64,000 nucleotides of DNA from an uncultured Methanoregulaceae archaeon (lineage in GTDB: Archaea > Halobacteriota > Methanomicrobia > Methanomicrobiales > Methanospirillaceae). How positions within the stretch are numbered: the stretch's first letter is position 1; every line of letters begins with the position of its first letter. Positions 61,628 to 64,000 of the stretch are shown here, piece by piece. The stretch covers positions 1,952,001 through 2,016,000 of the forward strand of contig OY969564.1 of the NCBI GenBank assembly GCA_963701095.1, read 5' to 3'. A program made the translations under genes and the position numbers. The notes under the pieces are model-generated. The model was not told where the DNA came from. It saw nothing but the letters and a program-made list of their open reading frames with translations, and did no database searches.

Positions 61628-62251
61628 GTGAAGATCATGACCCGCCAGTTCCAGACCTATCATGACGCCGTTGCCTTTCACGGACATTCCTGTCCCGGCC
61701 TCGCGCTTGGTTATCGCGCAGCCAGACATGCTCTCTCTGTATTGCATGCCGAACGATCCGAGGACGAGGATTTGGTTGCGGTTGTTGAAAACGATGCCTG
61801 TGGGATTGATGCGGTCCAGGCAATTGCCGGATGTTCCGTTGGCAAAGGAAACCTGATTCTCAAGGATCTGGGCAAGCATGCATACACGTTTATCAACCGC
61901 AGGACCGGCTCGGCAATTCGTATTGTCCAGCGTTCTGAACCCCTGCTCGAACGTATTGATCCGGTGGCATCTGAGCTGCGCGGAAAAGTTGTGGCCGGGA
62001 AAGCGACGCCAACCGAGATACAGGAGTATGAAGAGCGCCAGACAGCAGTCATTGACAAGATCCTTACGGTTCCGATTGGTGAGCTATTTATTGAAAAAGA
62101 GGCGCGTTCTGATACCCCTGAAAAGGCACGGATTTCACGATCGGTTCCGTGTGCCATCTGTGGTGAGATGGTTGCTGAACACCGTGCCAGACTTAAAAAA
62201 GGTAAAACAGTCTGCATCCCATGCGCCGGCGAATATAACCGAAACCGATAA
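61628..62251 (+). CDS. FmdE-family protein with C-terminal zinc finger
   Basis: FHGHSCPGLALG, ENDACGIDA, GC.VGKGNL, C..CGE...C..C. Confidence 0.9.
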   Translation: MKIMTRQFQTYHDAVAFHGHSCPGLALGYRAARHALSVLHAERSEDEDLVAVVENDACGIDAVQAIAGCSVGKGNLILKDLGKHAYTFINRRTGSAIRIVQRSEPLLERIDPVASELRGKVVAGKATPTEIQEYEERQTAVIDKILTVPIGELFIEKEARSDTPEKARISRSVPCAICGEMVAEHRARLKKGKTVCIPCAGEYNRNR

Positions 62252-62347
62252 CCTCGTTTTGGCTGAGCGGTTACACCGGGCAAGACATTTTAATTCCGGG
62301 AGATTTATCAGAGTATCCGTTCCAGTCTTTTTAGATGGTGAATATAG

Positions 62348-62590
62348 ATGGGCGTGATTGATGGTATTCAAGGTCTTGTTGCAGAATATCTTGCTTCTCA
62401 AAAAGGACAGGAGACGATACGCGCCTTTCTTTCTTCCCCACAAGGAAAGGAAGCTATTAATGCATATCTTTCAACTCTTGAAGGCCAGCAAATGGCCCGG
62501 CTCCTTCTTTTACGCGCCCTCGACCGTCTCGAGATTCCCGAGACAGTAAAGGAACAGATCCGTAAAGCCCTTGCAGATTCAGGGACCTGA
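62348..62590 (+). CDS. Small hypothetical protein with an internal repeat
   Basis: Three (Y/F)L.S..G(Q/K) units; GGTGA upstream. Confidence 0.65.
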   Translation: MGVIDGIQGLVAEYLASQKGQETIRAFLSSPQGKEAINAYLSTLEGQQMARLLLLRALDRLEIPETVKEQIRKALADSGT

Positions 62591-62639
62591 AAGCATCTGA
62601 CCACAAACCCTCTCTTTTCTGCCCGCGTACCTGACTGGG

Positions 62640-63390
62640 ATGGATGAGACAATCATGGGAGCCCTGTTCTTCGGCTTACCCCGGCAGGGCCCGGGAAGCG
62701 ATGCCTGCACAGAACGGATGTTTCACCTGCTGCCCGGACTTCCAGCACACCCGACAATCCTCGATATCGGGTGCGGTTCCGGCATGCAGACCCTTGTGCT
62801 CGCCCGACTCGCACCGGACGCTCGGATTACTGCAGTTGACCTGTACCAGCCGGTGCTCGATATACTGGACGCTAGGGCACAGAAGGCCGGTGTTGCCGGC
62901 AGGGTAAAAACGGTCCGCGTTTTCATGGATGTCCTCCCGTTCCCTCCCGGTTCCTTTGACCTGCTCTGGGCGGAAGGCTCGATCTTTGTCATCGGGGTGG
63001 AGGCGGGGCTTGTAGCATGAAAGAAATTTATCCGGCCCGGCGGGTACCTCGCATTTACCGAAGCATGCTGGTTCGTGGAAGATCCTTCACGTGAGTCCCG
63101 GGCGTTCTGGGAGCAGTGTTACCCGCAGATAAAGACAGTGGAAGAGACCCGAATCCTGATCGCCCGGACAGGATATCATTTCTGTGCGGATTTCCCGTTG
63201 CCCCTGTCTGCATGATGGGACGAGTACTATATCCCGATGCTTGCCCGGCTCCCTGCTATCAGAGAACAGTACCGGGACACCCTCGGTTCAGCTCGAGTTC
63301 TTTGCCGGGATAGAGCAGGAGATTGAAGTGCACCGCAACCACCCCGGGGAATATGGGTACCAGTTCTTCCTGCTCCGTGCGCCGGCCTAA
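62640..63390 (+). pseudogene. Class I SAM-dependent methyltransferase, disrupted
   Basis: PRQGPGS, LDIGCGSG, WAEGS; in-frame TGA at 63018 and ~63213, frameshift near 63272. Confidence 0.8.
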
Positions 63391-63670
63391 AATTCCTGGT
63401 GGCGACCCCGTTTTTTCATAAAACCCTCCCTTTTCTCTTCCACATCTTAGTATGGGGCAGGTTTACCTGCCTCTATTGCCAGAGCATATACCATGACATT
63501 CCCTGTTCCAGTGAACATACCCTCGCTACCACGCTGCTCGCATTCGAGACGGTGATGGCGGATTTTTCCGACAGTACCCTGCCTCCGACGGGCACGACCG
63601 ACCGGTGATTTTCCCGGATATTCCTGAAACGTTCCTCTTATCTTTATAGCGCCCTAATCATGTGAGTGTG

Positions 63671-64000
63671 ATGCACGAGCCGCCGGTGAAAAAGATCCTC
63701 TACTGGTGTGACCGGTGCAATGTCCCGCTGATTGGCAGGACCTGCGCCTGCGGAACTATGGGGAGGGAGATCGAACTACTCCAGCCATACGATGTACGCC
63801 CGGCGCTTTCGGCTGATATGGCTCTTATAAAAAGACTGGTACGGGAACGTTTCGGCACTATCCCTCTCCAGACGGTCCTGCTTCTCAACAAGACCGGTGG
63901 TTTGGACAGGGCCGACCTTGTGATCGCCCACGGTCACCGGTTCGGCTGGCTCTCTTTTGACCCGGTATCACGTCAGCACTCGTTCGATCTATCGCCCGAG
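63671..64000 (+). CDS. PAPS-reductase-family protein, N-terminal part (runs off the window)
   Basis: Open frame MHEPPVKKILYWCDRCNVPLIGRTCACG...PYDVRPA...LLNK..G.D, resembling the N-terminus of archaeal PAPS-reductase-like proteins; catalytic domain not visible. Confidence 0.65.
   Translation, partial: MHEPPVKKILYWCDRCNVPLIGRTCACGTMGREIELLQPYDVRPALSADMALIKRLVRERFGTIPLQTVLLLNKTGGLDRADLVIAHGHRFGWLSFDPVSRQHSFDLSPE

Overview
Archaeal DNA, most likely from a Methanomicrobiales-type methanogen (archaeal 16S/23S/5S; mfnA, ycaO/tfuA, SepCysS, methanogenesis marker 8). 0.4-5.4 kb is an rRNA operon (16S, a degenerate tRNA-like element where tRNA-Ala usually sits, 23S, tRNA-Cys, 5S) behind 135-bp tandem promoter repeats. 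5.6-46 kb is mostly housekeeping (dph2, hpt, mfnA, ppsA, serA, tRNA-Val, DNA ligase, hisD, pyrG, GMP synthase, argD, hisC), plus signalling proteins, glycosyltransferases, a pilin-LamG protein and a TPR + DUF2791/BrxD-like ATPase pair. The most interesting part is a sulfur/cysteine island at ~46-64 kb: tfuA-ycaO, cysK, a cysE-DUF59 fusion, an atypical tRNA-Cys (A37, apparent G73) directly in front of cysS, a winged-HTH regulator, a second tRNA-Cys (G37, U73) directly in front of SepCysS, then metY, metX-CBS, thiI and a PAPS-reductase-family gene. The palindrome TTCACAATTGTKAA occurs at three promoters (cysK, the regulator, and tRNA-Cys/pscS), which suggests a regulon governing the direct versus tRNA-dependent cysteine routes. 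At least seven single-base frameshifts occur, several in conserved genes, so the assembly probably carries indel errors and single-base conclusions need read-level checking. All calls are from reading the sequence by eye; no searches were run.
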